Positions 24,101 to 37,271 of a stretch of 51,371 nucleotides of DNA are shown piece by piece; positions within the stretch are counted from its first letter, which is position 1; every line of letters begins with the position of its first letter. The notes below the pieces were generated by a model. It had not been told where the DNA came from. It made no database searches and saw nothing but the letters and a program-made list of their open reading frames with translations. The position numbers and the translations under genes are program-made. Origin of the DNA: Chara braunii (Eukaryota; Plantae; Charophyceae). Location: the NCBI GenBank assembly GCA_003427395.1, contig BFEA01000029.1, forward strand, positions 712,863 through 764,233, given 5' to 3'.

Positions 24101-27100
24101 ATCATATGCCTCTGTACCATTGCCACTGTATTAGTCCACTCTTCTGGGCCACATTCGTGTGGCTTAGCCTCCTAAGCGTATGCATCGATGTCCCTGGCCT
24201 ATCTGGCGGATACACAGAAAATTGATCATACCCTGAATAAAGGTCTATAAGTGATATTATAGGCCTTCCTGCGCATCATTCTAACAGTCCATCCACGTTT
24301 GGCAAACCTCCCGCGCCTCGCACGGTTACATCATTTAGTCGTTGCATGTCCTGCACCCACCGTAACGTCCCATTAGGTTTGACAAAATAGAACCATGGGG
24401 ACGCTTACAGCCGGCTGGGGTAATCAACGACATGTGTTTGTGTCTTACCATCTAGGTAGTCCCCCACCTTCTTCTCCTCGTCAATATTAGGATGTTGCGC
24501 GCCTCTTAGATTCCATGGCTCGTGTGGTACGGTATCGATCCGAATCATCGGAATTTTATCTACATCCAAACTTCCGCGCCGATCATTATCGAAGGCGTAG
24601 GCGCGATGTTTTTTCTTTATTAGTTCTATCATCAAAATTTTATCCTTGAATGACAAGAATTCAGGCTCCCCTACTATCAGTTTCCCCTCATTCTCCTCGT
24701 TGATACGACACAGATCAATCGCGGCATGTTCCTTAATTCGCCGTATGAATCCATGTTCTCGTTCATAATAAGTTTTCTCGTTTTTTGTAACGAGCACGAG
24801 AACCGAGCGGCATTTCTTATCCAAGTTTTTGTACTGCCTTTGGGAACCCTGCTTGAGTCGTCGCCTAAAAAATACTGGCTTACCATTTGCGCTTGCATCA
24901 TCGCAGAGTCCTTTCCTCCTCCCGGAAGTCGATAGGTCAGTTCCACCTCCCCAACTTGAGGGCTTTCTAAGATATACTCCCTCAATGCCTTGATGACCTC
25001 TTAGTCTGCCAACTCATAGGTCGCCACCAAGTCCATTGCTTTATTCACATTAGTCAAACTGAGTGAAAGCATTTCCTCCCTTCCTTCCTCTTTTGGCTCT
25101 TCTAGAAGCCGCCACTACTCATTCTCGGATTCTTCAAATATGAATGAGTCAGGATTGACTCGGTTCCTTATACTCCACGGTCTTGTGTTCCTGCAAGTAA
25201 CAATCTCGTAATTCCCACATGTTGGATCACGCAAGAGTAAGATCATCGTTCCATCATGCTTATTGAAGATTAGAGTCACCGTCCTGCACAGGAACAATCT
25301 TCCCAGAAGAATTGTGTGGTCCACATCAGGCATAACAAAGAAACATGTCATCGCATTTACTTTACCAACCTCGATAACCACATTCGAGGCAATTCCACAG
25401 AATACCGTTTTACATTTGGCACCATGCAGGATGCCACAATCCGAGCGGTCTATTTCCATCCCTAGCCTAAGTGCATCAGTCTCCTTAATGATGTTCATTT
25501 CTGCTCCAATATCCAACATTATTGTGCACTTCGACCCATTAACCACCAAATCCACCAACCTGCAAGACACACACTTCCAATCCATCTTTGTTCCCGCCTC
25601 TGCCCATTCTGCCTCCTTTGGCAGGATGGTACTAAGATGTACATTTGACACTAATCGCCGCGAGAGCCTTCCTTTCAACCCATCATGAAGCCTGGGAGCA
25701 GACGCCAGGATGTCCTTTAGGTTCATGAGGTCATTGTGACCCTCAAGCAACCTATCCACCATTCTTTCCACATCGAAACCTTTCTCTAGCTGAACAACAT
25801 ACTTCTTCTTTGGCGCCGCATCACGCAAAATCGACTCGGCTTCTTCATTGGTTCCTCTTTTTTTTGCCCTTTGATCCGCTCGACTATCCTTCTCTTGGTG
25901 AAGCCTTTCATCTTCCTCATCTTCGTCATCGTCCTCTTCAACCTACAAAGATCCCTTTCTCCGTGCCGGTTCAGGCTCTCTTCGAGAAGGCTTCTGGCTA
26001 GCACTTGTCTTGGCTTGGCCAGGGTACCCTTGTCGTGATGGCACTGACTCTGGGCCAAACTAATAGAGAAAGACCAGAAGATTAACCTTTCATTCCTTTA
26101 CTTCTTCACATATGACTATCAGCTTTCGCAGGTATCTCCCCATCTTTTCCCATGAGTCTTTCATCTTGCCTAGGAGGATTGACGCAAGGTCCACCACTTC
26201 ATCAGAGCTTGCTTCATCTGACTCGATGATTATAGGCTCCTCTCTTAGGACCCCAACTTGCGGTCGTTGAGTCACCGTGACTTCCGCATTTTGGTGGGTC
26301 CTCCTTTTCTTGCTATAGCCTAAACACAGTTGGCGGTGTCTTCCGCGCAACTATCCGTTTGACGGTCTCCTCCCTTACTCCGCCCGGAACCTTAGGGTCA
26401 ATATACTCTTCGAACTGATCGTATATGTCTCCATCCATATTGGAAAAAATCAAACCATCCCTCTCATCTTCCCGTCTCTTATTGCAGAATTGTGTTGTTT
26501 AGCCTTGCTTATCGCAATGCCCGTAAATAACGTTCCGTGAATCAAAATGAGTTCTTTTATACCCTTGACCTCGTCCCTGACCACGTTGGTTACCCTGACT
26601 CTGATAACCTTGGTTGTTTCACTAACCCCCTTGTCCTCCTCCATTCCTACCCCTTCCTCTTCCGCACCTTGGCCTTCATTCCTTCGGTTACCTTGCCCTT
26701 GATTTCCTCCTCCCACAACGCTAGCTTGCGAACTCTACTGAACGGGTGCCGGAGGTGGTGTCATAGGATGAGCTTTAACCGCGGGGTAGCTTGGAGGTGG
26801 AGCACTTGCTTGAGGCCCTGAGTACGGTATTATCTGTCCCGGCAGAACCCGACCGCCCCACAGTACGAAGTTGTTCAAAATAGGTCATGATCATTGCCCA
26901 TATGGTGGTGACCCTGCTTGTGAGAGCCCCACACTAAACGATAGCGTTGCTGCGCTCGCACAGGCTACTGCCAATCCTTGAGGTGCTTGCCTCTTTTCGG
27001 AGCCTCGCCCCCCTTGTGTCAGTTTGCGTTGTTTGCGCCGCGCCTTCACAAGATGCTGGGGAACTTGATTCAATTCTTCCCATTCTTCCTGAACGGCTTT

Positions 27101-27839
27101 CTTCACCACCGACTCCTTTCCCTTCATTTGGACCGTGGTCACCACTTTCTTTTGTATCACGGTGTTTTTTCCATCATGATACCCCAACTCCGCAAGTACA
27201 TCCGTGACAATTCTCTTCACCCCTGGAGTCTCTAAGGCAGTCGCATCGCGCTCCTTTCTTTTACGCTTGTGTTGGGGCATATGATATTGCTCCACTTGGT
27301 CCAGATATCCTTCCTCTATTCATTTATTGATTGTGACCCAGGTGAGCTTCTCACTGACTCCTCCTCTCTTTGTCAACTCTTGGGCTTCCGAGGAATTGAA
27401 CAATCCTGGGAAGATGACACATTGTGCCTCTTCCGAGATTCCTCGTTTTTTTCTTGAATTCCTCAGCGAGAGCCCCAACCGTGGTAAAGTCATCCTTATT
27501 CATCGCCTCCAAGTCTGCCTCCATCAGCAGTCCATAACCCAACCTGTATTTTTTTTGCATACCATTTGTAAATTTGGTCCAACTGTTGTTTACCGCAGCT
27601 ATAACCTTTTCCACCTCCTTATGAAACCCATGATGTATTTACGTCAGAATACGCTTGAACTTAACTGCGTCCTCCTGACCTACCATTGCCTGTTCAACCA
27701 GTTCCAACCAGTTTGACACTCGTTCCCCACTGAACAGGAAAGTGTTGATCTTATGAATATTGCTTTGCAATCTTTGCCGTCGGTCCAGTGCTTCGACTAA
27801 GTCCTCAATGGTCAACCCCTTTGCAGCACCATCGACCAT
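21135..27839 (-). pseudogene. Ty3/Gypsy gag-pol (Gag-PR-RT-RNaseH-IN), degenerate, no chromodomain seen
   Basis: Gag start MVDGAAKGLTIEDL/FSGERVSNWL; protease MLDIGAEMNII; RT PFIDDS (~24050); RNase H FIIKTDVGPTALGGVLTQ; integrase ALHDGIAGRH...CRSCVTCQ and VHFDLLFMP. The domain order is Gypsy-type. Confidence 0.93.
21790..22162 (+). mobile_element. hAT-like MITE (CGTAC-rich family), copy 1, inserted in the integrase
   Basis: TIRs CTGCGTTGC...GCAACACAG. Perfect 8-bp TSD ATCACGAA (21782-21789 / 22163-22170). Confidence 0.9.
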
Positions 27840-28264
27840 CTTGACAGATCTCTCGATTCAAATTGTTTCTGTTAAGAAAGGTTAAATTTTCATTCAGCAA
27901 GCTGACTCACCTCTTAACTTAACTAATTTCCTACTTATCCTAGTCAATGTCTGATCTCAACAGATACTACCATCATCTTTTTTCTTAGTTTACCTTAACC
28001 AGCTTGTTCGCTCTCCAAGACTTCCCTCACATCCTAAGGGAACATAGCCTTTTACTGTATAGTCATTATTCAGGCAGCCAATCAAGTCAATTACGTATAA
28101 TATCATTGTTTATTAATAGTAACTTACTTAAATAGTTCTTTTTCCCAAACAAGACTTCGCATACTCTGCGTTTTTAAATCATATAAAACTTCCTCACATG
28201 TCTATTTTCTCATTTTCTTATACCCAGATGTCGTTCCACCAGGGACAACGGTAAGCAACCTATA

Positions 28265-28282
28265 TCCCCGGCAACAGGGCCA
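28265..28282 (-). promoter_or_regulatory. Primer binding site, tRNA-Asp type
   Basis: TGGCCCTGTTGCCGGGGA lies 2 nt after the LTR end and is close to the Athila PBS TGGCGCCGTTGCCGGGGA. Confidence 0.85.
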
Positions 28283-28284
28283 CT

Positions 28285-29294
28285 TGTCGAGCGCATCGAT
28301 CCCGCGCAAGACGGGACCATTTCGGCCGCGTCACTAAGGAGTTGGTCTACTCGTTCTTACACAAGGAGCTTTCGCAAGCCGCTCCGACCGAGTGCGCCAG
28401 CCATACCTCTCTCGAGCCCCTACGACAGGATAGGGTCAACACGAGGTATAACTTACCTCCACCTGCGGGAGCATTTACCTCCCTTCGGTGGGCGTATCCC
28501 CGCCGAGCTACCAGTCCACAGTACGAAAGTTTATCAGTTGCAATTGCAAAGGTGGACCAACCGAGGGCATTTCTCGTTTGTTGTAGCATAGGCCCATAGG
28601 GGGTACGCACGGTCCCGCACCTCTATCGGACCCGCACTCGAATCGACGCCTTGGGGGTTGAAGTCCTAAGCGCGACTTGTCGTTGGTCGACTAGGACGCA
28701 TCTTACTCACCACTTGTTACACCACGCTAAAAACATAAAATTAAAATAAAACACAAACACACACACTAGACGACACAAAGCAAAACAACAAAACAACACT
28801 CCTAGCCTCTTTTGAAGTCATCCCATAACATTCCGGCGCGGAAATCGAATAGGTGACACGTGCGAGACTGGGTATAAAACCAAGCGAACGCAGGGTCTTT
28901 TCATATCGACTAGCAATGCATGATTACGCAAGCGGTTGCAATGATGACGTACTATGTAGTACCCATAGTCATGCGGTTGTCGTTAATCTCGAGGGTAACA
29001 TTCGACACTCAAGTGTCGGCTAACACTCGCCTTGAGGGGTTAATCTCTCGACGCTAGGCAACCGCCAAGTGCGGTTGAGAACCACACCCTCTTCTGCACC
29101 TTGTGGAAAGTAGGTGGTACACAGGTTCATACATTTGGTGACAATCGTCTCTTACTGCCCTAGAGACCAGCTTTATCATCCAGGGTCAGAGAACTGACAG
29201 GGTTTGACTTTGACCGTTGTCATGGACTACAACGTCCAACTATAAAAAACTCTAAAAAGCAAATGGATAAAAGAGAAATCTCACTTTTCTCTCA
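28285..29294 (-). mobile_element. Last ~1 kb of a 5' LTR (runs into a gap)
   Basis: Direct homologue of 34127-35134 and adjacent to the PBS. Confidence 0.85.
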
Positions 29295-30101
29295 NNNNNN
29301 NNNNNNNNNNNNNNNNNNNNNNNNNNNNNNNNNNNNNNNNNNNNNNNNNNNNNNNNNNNNNNNNNNNNNNNNNNNNNNNNNNNNNNNNNNNNNNNNNNNN
29401 NNNNNNNNNNNNNNNNNNNNNNNNNNNNNNNNNNNNNNNNNNNNNNNNNNNNNNNNNNNNNNNNNNNNNNNNNNNNNNNNNNNNNNNNNNNNNNNNNNNN
29501 NNNNNNNNNNNNNNNNNNNNNNNNNNNNNNNNNNNNNNNNNNNNNNNNNNNNNNNNNNNNNNNNNNNNNNNNNNNNNNNNNNNNNNNNNNNNNNNNNNNN
29601 NNNNNNNNNNNNNNNNNNNNNNNNNNNNNNNNNNNNNNNNNNNNNNNNNNNNNNNNNNNNNNNNNNNNNNNNNNNNNNNNNNNNNNNNNNNNNNNNNNNN
29701 NNNNNNNNNNNNNNNNNNNNNNNNNNNNNNNNNNNNNNNNNNNNNNNNNNNNNNNNNNNNNNNNNNNNNNNNNNNNNNNNNNNNNNNNNNNNNNNNNNNN
29801 NNNNNNNNNNNNNNNNNNNNNNNNNNNNNNNNNNNNNNNNNNNNNNNNNNNNNNNNNNNNNNNNNNNNNNNNNNNNNNNNNNNNNNNNNNNNNNNNNNNN
29901 NNNNNNNNNNNNNNNNNNNNNNNNNNNNNNNNNNNNNNNNNNNNNNNNNNNNNNNNNNNNNNNNNNNNNNNNNNNNNNNNNNNNNNNNNNNNNNNNNNNN
30001 NNNNNNNNNNNNNNNNNNNNNNNNNNNNNNNNNNNNNNNNNNNNNNNNNNNNNNNNNNNNNNNNNNNNNNNNNNNNNNNNNNNNNNNNNNNNNNNNNNNN
30101 N

Positions 30102-30125
30102 NTACGTCTTGTATGCCCCCGTACG

Positions 30126-30160
<35 letters not shown>
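30102..30160 (+). mobile_element. Fragment of the CGTAC-rich MITE family at the gap edge
   Basis: TACGTCTTGTATGCCCCCGTACG plus an A-run matches 21872-21925. Confidence 0.7.
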
Positions 30161-30163
<3 letters not shown>

Positions 30164-33100
30164 TGACGCATACGGCCCCCTGGAGTAATCAACCGCATGT
30201 GTTCGTATCTTACCATCTAGGTAGTCCACCACCTTCTTCTCCTCGTCAAGATTAGGATGTTTCGCACCTCCTAGATTTCATGGCTCGTGTGGTACGGTAT
30301 CGATCCGAATCATTGGAATTTTATCTACATCCAACCTCCCGCGCCGATCATTATCGAAGGCGTAGGCGCGATGTCTTTTCTTCATTAGCTCTATCATCAG
30401 AATTTTCTCCTTGAATGCCAAGAATCCAGGCTCCCCTACTATCAGATTCCCCTCATTCTCCTCATTGATACGGCACAAGTCAATCGTGGCATGTTTCCTA
30501 ATTCGCCGTATCAATCCATGTTCTCGTTCATAATAAGTTTTCTCGTCTTCTGTAACGAGGACGAGAACCGAGCGATATTTCTTATCTAAGGTCTTGTACC
30601 GCCTTTGGGAACCCTGCTTGAGCCGTCGCCTAAAAAAAGTCGGCTTACCATTTGCGCTTGCATTATCGCAGGGTCCTTTTCTCCTCCCGAAAGCCGATAG
30701 GTCAGTTCCACCTCCCCAATTTGAGGGTTTTCTAAGACATACTCCCTCAATGCCTTGATGACCTCTTAGTCTGCCAACTCGTAGGTCGCCACCAAGTCCA
30801 TTGCTTTATTCACATTAGTCAAACTGAGTGAAAGCATTTCCGCCCTTCCTTCCTCTTTTGACTCTTCTAGAAGCCGCCACTGCTCATTCTCGGATTCTTC
30901 AAATATGAATGAGTCAGGATTGACTCGGTTCCTTATACTCCACGGTCTTGTGTTCCTGCAAGTAACAATCTCGTAATTCCCACATGTTGGATCACGCAAG
31001 AGTAAGATCATCGTTCCATCATGCTTATTGCAGATTACAGTCACCGTCCTGCACAGGAACGATCTTCCCAGAAGAATTGTGTGGTCCACATCAGGCATAA
31101 CAAAGAAACATGTCATCGCATTTACTTTATCAACCTCGACAACCACATTCGAGGCAATTCCACAGAACACTGTTTTACAGTTGGCACCATGAAGGATGCC
31201 ACAATCCGAGCGGTCTATTTCCATCCCTAGCCTAAGTGCATCAGTCTCCTTAATGATGTTCATTTCTGCTCTAGTATCCAACATTATTGTGCACTTCAAC
31301 CCTTTAACCACCAAATTCACCAACCTGCAAGGCACACACTTCCAATCCATCTTTGTTCCCGCCTCTGCCCATTCTGCCTCCTTTGGCAGGATCGTACTAA
31401 GATGGACATTTGGCACTAATCGCCTCGAGAGCCTTCCTTTCAACCCATCACGAAGTGTGGGAGCAGACGCCAGGATGTCCTTTAGGTTCATGAGGTCATT
31501 GTGACCCTCAAGCAACCTATCCACCATTCTTTCCACATCGAAACCTTTCTCTCGCCGAACAACATACTTCTTCTTTGGTGCCGCATCACGCAAAATCGGC
31601 TCGGCTTCTTCATTGGTTCCTCTTTTCTTTGCCCTTTGATCCGCTCGACTATCCTTCTCTTGGTGAAGCCTTTCATCTTTCTTATCTTCGTCATCGTCCT
31701 CTTCAACCTACACAGACCCCTTTCTCCGTTTCGGCTCAGGCTCTCTTTGAGAAGGCTTCTGGCTAGCACTTGTCTTGGCTTGGCCCCAGGTTAGGGCTGC
31801 CAATGCAGCTCTCCCGTGCGTCGTAGGGGGCCTATAGGGTCATACCGGACCTTAGGCCTGATCCTATTATCGCCACTCCAGGGTACCCTTGTCGCGATGG
31901 CACTGACTTTGGGTCAAACTAATAGAGAAAAACCTTCAAAAGATTAGTCTTACATTCCTTTATTTCTTCACCTATGACCACCAGCTTTTGCAGGTATCTC
32001 CCCATCTTTTCCCATGAGTCTTTCATCTTGCCTAGGAGGATTGACGCAAGGTCCACCTCTTCATCAGAGCTGGCTTCATCTGACTCGATGATTATAGGCT
32101 CCTCTCTTATGACCCCACCTTTTCCACTCTCACAGGTGGGTCCTCCTTTTCTTGCTATAGCCTAAACACGGTTGGTGGTGTCTGCCGCGCGACTATCCGT
32201 TTGAAGGTCTCCTCCCTTACTCCGCCCGGAACCTTAGGGTCAATATACTCTTCAAACTGATCATATATGTCTCCATCCATATTGAAAAAAATCAGTCCAT
32301 CCCTCTCATCTTCCCGTCTCTTATTGCAGAAACGAATTGTTTGGCCTTGCTTATCGCAATGTCGGTAAATAGCATTCCCTGAATCAAAATAAGTTCTTTC
32401 ATACCCTTGACCTCCTCCCCGACCACCTTGGTTACCCTGACCCTAATAACCTTGGTTGTTTCTTTAACCCCCTTGTCCTCCTCCATTCCTACCCCTTCCT
32501 CTTCCGCACCTTGACCTCCATTCCCTTGGTTACCTTGCCCTTGATTTCCTCCTCCCACCACACTAGCTTGGGAACTCCACTGAACGGGTGCCGGAGTTGG
32601 TGTCATAGGATGAGCTTGAACCGTGGGGTAGCTTGGAGGTGGAGCACTTGCTTGAGGCCCTGAGTATGGTATTATCTGTCCCAGCAGAACCTGACCTTCC
32701 CACAGCACGAAGTTGTTAAAAATAGGTCATGATCATTGCCCATATGGTGGTGACCCTGCTTGTGAGAGCCCCACACTAGTCGATAGCGTTGCTGCGCTCG
32801 CATAGGCTACTGCCAATGCTTGAGGTGCTTGCCTCTTTCAAGAGCCTCGCGCCCCTTGTGTCGGTTTGCGTTCTTTGCGCCGCGCCTTCACAAGATGCTG
32901 GGGCACTTGCTTCGCTTCTTCCCATTCTTCGTGAACGGCTTCCTTTACCACCGGCTCCTTTCCCTTCCTTTGGACCGTGGTCACCACTTTCTTTTGTATC
33001 ACGGTGTTTTTTCCATCATGATACCCCAACTCCGCAAGTACATCCGTGATAATTCTCTTCACCCCTGGAGTCTCTAAAGCAGTCGCATCGCGCTCCTTTC

Positions 33101-33680
33101 TTTTACACCTGTGTTGGAGCATATGATATTGCTCCACTTGGTCCATATATCCTTCCTCTATTCGTTTATTGATCGTGACCCAGGTGAGCTTCTCACTGCC
33201 TCCTCCTCTCTTTGTCAACTCCTGGGCTTTCGAGGAGTTGAACAATCCTGGGAAGATCACATATTGTGCCTCTTTCGAGATTGCTCGTTTTTTTCTTGAA
33301 TTCCTCACCCAGAGCTCCAACTGTGGTAAAGTCATCCTTATTCATCGCCTCCAAGTCTGCCTCCATCAGCAGTCCATCACCCAACCTGTATTTTCTTTGC
33401 ATACCATTTTTAAATCTGGCCCAACTGTCATTTGGCGCAACTATAACCTTTTCCACCTCCTTATGAACCCATGATGTATATACGTCAGAATACGCTTGAA
33501 CTTCACTACGTCCGCCAGACCTACCATTGCCTATTGAACCAATTCCAACCAGTTTGACACTCGTTCCCCACTGAACAGGAAAGTGTTGATCTTATGAATA
33601 TTGCTTTGCGATCTTTCTCGTCTGTCCAGTGCTTCAACTAAGTCCTCAATGGTCAACCCCCTTGCCGCACCATCGGCCAT
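30161..33680 (-). pseudogene. Second copy of gag-PR-start of RT
   Basis: Colinear with ~24395-27839. ORF 30766-31593 closely matches ORF 25115-25828 (MLDTRAEMNII). Confidence 0.92.
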
Positions 33681-34106
33681 CTTGACAGATCTCTCGATTC
33701 AAATTGTTCTTGTTAAAAAAGGTAAAAATTTTCATTCAACAAGCTGACTCACCTCTTAACTTAACTAATTTCCTACTTATCGTAATCAATGTGTGATCTC
33801 AACAGATACTACCATCATCTTTTTTCTTAGCTCACCTTAACCGGTTTGTTCCCTCTCCAAGACTTCCCTCACATCCTAAGGGAACATAACCTTTTACTGT
33901 ATAGTCATTAGTCAAGCAGCCAATCAAGTCAATTACGTATAATATCATTGTTAATTAATAGTAACTTACTGAAATAGTTTTTTTTCCGAAACAAGACTTC
34001 GCATACTCTGCGTTTTTAAATCATATAGAACTTTCTCACATGCCTATTTTCTCATTTTCTTATACCCAGATGTCCTTCTACCAGGGACAACGGTAGGCAA
34101 CCGTTA

Positions 34107-34124
34107 TCCCCGGCAACAGGGTTA
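34107..34124 (-). promoter_or_regulatory. Degenerate PBS (second copy)
   Basis: TAACCCTGTTGCCGGGGA lies 2 nt after the LTR end at 34127. Confidence 0.75.
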
Positions 34125-35758
34125 CTTGTCGAGCGCATCGTTCCCACGCAAGGCGGGACCATTTCGGCCGCGTCACTAAGGAGTTGGTCTACTCGTTCTT
34201 ACACAAGGAGCTTTCGCAAGCCGCTCCGACTGAGTGCGCCAGCCATACCTCTCGCGAACCCCTACGACAGGATAGGGCCAACGCGAGGTACATCTTACCT
34301 CGACCTGCTGGAGCTGTTACCTCCCTTCGGTGGGCGTATCCATGCCGAGCTTCCAGTCCAAAGTACGAAAGTTTATCTGTTGCAACTGCAGAGGTGGACC
34401 AACCGAGGGCATTTCTCGTTTGTTGTAGCATAGGCCTATAGGGGGTATGCGGGGTCCCGCACCTTTATCGGACCCGCACTTGAATCGACGCCTTGGGGGT
34501 TGAAGTCCCAAGCGCGACTCGTCGTTGGTCGACTAGGACACATCTTACTCACCTCTTGTTACACCACGCTAAAAACATAAAATTAAAATAAAACCCAAAC
34601 ACACACAGGACGACACAAAGCAAAACAACGAAACAACACTCCTAGCCCCTTTTGTAGCCATTCCATAACATTCCGGCGCAGAAATCGAATAGGTGACACG
34701 TGCGAGACTTGGTATAAAACCGAGGGAATGCAGGGTCTTTTCGTATCGACTAGCAATGCATGATTACGCAAGCGGTCACAATGATGGCGTACTATGTAGT
34801 ACCCATAGTCATGCGGTTCTCGTTAATCTCGAGGATAGCATTTGACACTCAAGTGTCGGCTGACACTCACCTTGAGGGGTTAATCGCTCGAAGCTAGACA
34901 ACCGCCAAGTGTGGTTGAGAACCACACCCTCTTCTGCACCTTGTGGAAAGTAGGTGGTACACAGGTTCATACATTTGGTGACAATCGTCTCTTACTGCCC
35001 TAGAGACTAGCTTTATCATCCAGGGTTAGAGAACTCACGGGGTTTGACTTTTACCGTTGTCATGGACTACAACGTCCAACTATAAAAAACTCTAAAAAGC
35101 AAATGGATAAAAGAGAAATCTCACTTTTCTCTCAAATCATAATTTGTTTAGCCCTTGTGCATGGTCACAAGAGGCAATGCGAACACTCGATGTGTATGTA
35201 TATACATCTATATATATATAAAGGGTTGTAAATATGTGGCCATCACTTCTCAGAATCATAGTGAGACTCCTCTCAGCCATATATATGTATGTGATCGCAG
35301 ACTGTAAAATCTCAAATCCGAACTACAAACATACATGCAATCACATCAAAGATTCAACAAACGTCCACGCACTACACGGGGTCAAGTTCAATTATTCTTT
35401 ATCATCATACCCCTTGCTTTAGTCATAGAAGCCTTACTCTTTGTCCAACCTCCCAAAATAAGTATTCAGTACCTTTGTTAAATGGTTATTCAATAATAGT
35501 CCAGGTGAAACCTTAATAAAACAAATTAAGCCACAAGGGCTTAAGCCTTCAGGTTGCGTAACTGGAATGGATTGGAGTTGAGTCGTAAACCAACGAATCT
35601 ACAACCGAGTTGTTATCAGTGATAATTGATGATGATCCTCGTGGGATCAAGTTGAAACTAGCCAAAATCTTGAATCAAAATGATCAAAAGACCCTCTAAC
35701 ATAAGACGGGTCAATCCCCAAGCTAAATCATAAGTGTATGGAGAATGAATCTTCATAG

Positions 35759-35876
35759 CTACGTTGCATAGAGTACACGTACGGGGCCTTTCCGTACGAA
35801 ACGTACAGGAAATATCTGTATGGGATCTGTACGGGAACCTGTACGGAAACCTGTACGTCTTGTATGTCCCCGTACG

Positions 35877-35909
<33 letters not shown>

Positions 35910-36115
35910 AAGAAAATCCGAAAATAAAATATGTGATGCAACAGCACAAAACAAACAACATTTGGCTGAGCATCATCTTCAGATTCTTATTAGAATTTAA
36001 GAAAAAAAAAAAAACTACCGGATAAAAAAAAAAAAACTCGTATGGGGCCCTTAGCGTACGAGTACAAGAGTACGAATCTGTACTTGTACGAGGGTGCGTA
36101 CAAGTGGCAACGCAG
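35759..36115 (+). mobile_element. hAT-like MITE, copy 2
   Basis: TIRs CTACGTTGC...GCAACGCAG. TSD CTTCATAG / CTCCATAG. Homologous to 21790-22162. Confidence 0.88.
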
Positions 36116-36862
36116 CTCCATAGCACATTCTTATTCAAAACAATCTGCCAACTAAGTCTAAGTTTACCCCTAAGTTAGTGTCCAAAGAAAAGGTAGACCT
36201 CTGGCACAATCTCCCCCATACAGAGTGGATTGTCAGTATTGCCACCTGCCAAAATATAATTTATCTCCTCCAAACTAAAAAAATTTCGGAAGCGCTTCCC
36301 ATATAAAAAACGTCTTTTCAAAATTTATACTAAGTCCAATATAAAAACTGAAATTATTTCTAACTCTGGGAAGTCAAATTTCGTCTAACTCCCTGAATTA
36401 GTAAAAATTTTGGCAACATCTCCTTTAGAAAAGTAGATTTCCCAGATTTATACTAAGTCAGATAAGTAAGACTTGAGTTCAGTCAAGACCAAATTTGACT
36501 AACTCCTTCGATTTGTAAAAATTTCGGCAGCGCTTCCCATAGAGAAAGTAACTATCCAAAATTTATACAAAGCTAAGTTTAAAATCTAGAAATAATTTCG
36601 ACTTCCCAAAGTCCAATTTTTTCCAACTCCCTAAATTAATAAAAATTTGGGCAACACTCACTTTAGAAAATGAAAATTTCTAGATTTTTACTAAGCCATA
36701 CATAAAATTTAGACAAGCTGAACTTCGAAAAATCAAAATCTGACAAACTTTTTGGTTTTGTAGAAATTTTGGCAACGCTTCCCGTAGAGAAAGTAGCTAA
36801 CCAAGATTTATACAAGACCAAGTATAAAATATGATCCCAGAAAATGCAGAAATTGACCTAAG

Positions 36863-37271
36863 TTGCATTGTCACCTGTACGCACCCTCGTACGNNNNNNN
36901 NNNNNNNNNNNNNNNNNNNNNNNNNNNNNNNNNNNNNNNNNNNNNNNNNNNNNNNNNNNNNNNNNNNNNNNNNNNNNNNNNNNNNNNNNNNNNNNNNNNN
37001 NNNNNNNNNNNNNNNNNNNNNNNNNNNNNNNNNNNNNNNNNNNNNNNNNNNNNNNNNNNNNNNNNNNNNNNNNNNNNNNNNNNNNNNNNNNNNNNNNNNN
37101 NNNNNNNNNNNNNNNNNNNNNNNNNNNNNNNNNNNNNNNNNNNNNNNNNNNNNTTTGCTTTGTTTACGGGGACATACAAGACGTACAGGTTTGTACGAAA
37201 CGTACAGAAAATATCTGTACGGGATCTGTACGGGAACCTGTACGTCCGTACGTGTCCTCTATGCAACGTAT
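36863..37271 (-). mobile_element. hAT-like MITE, copy 3 (inverted, internal gap)
   Basis: The ends match the reverse complement of copy 2. Perfect TSD GACCTAAG (36855-36862 / 37272-37279). An empty-site equivalent is near 2930 in the first LTR. Confidence 0.85.
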
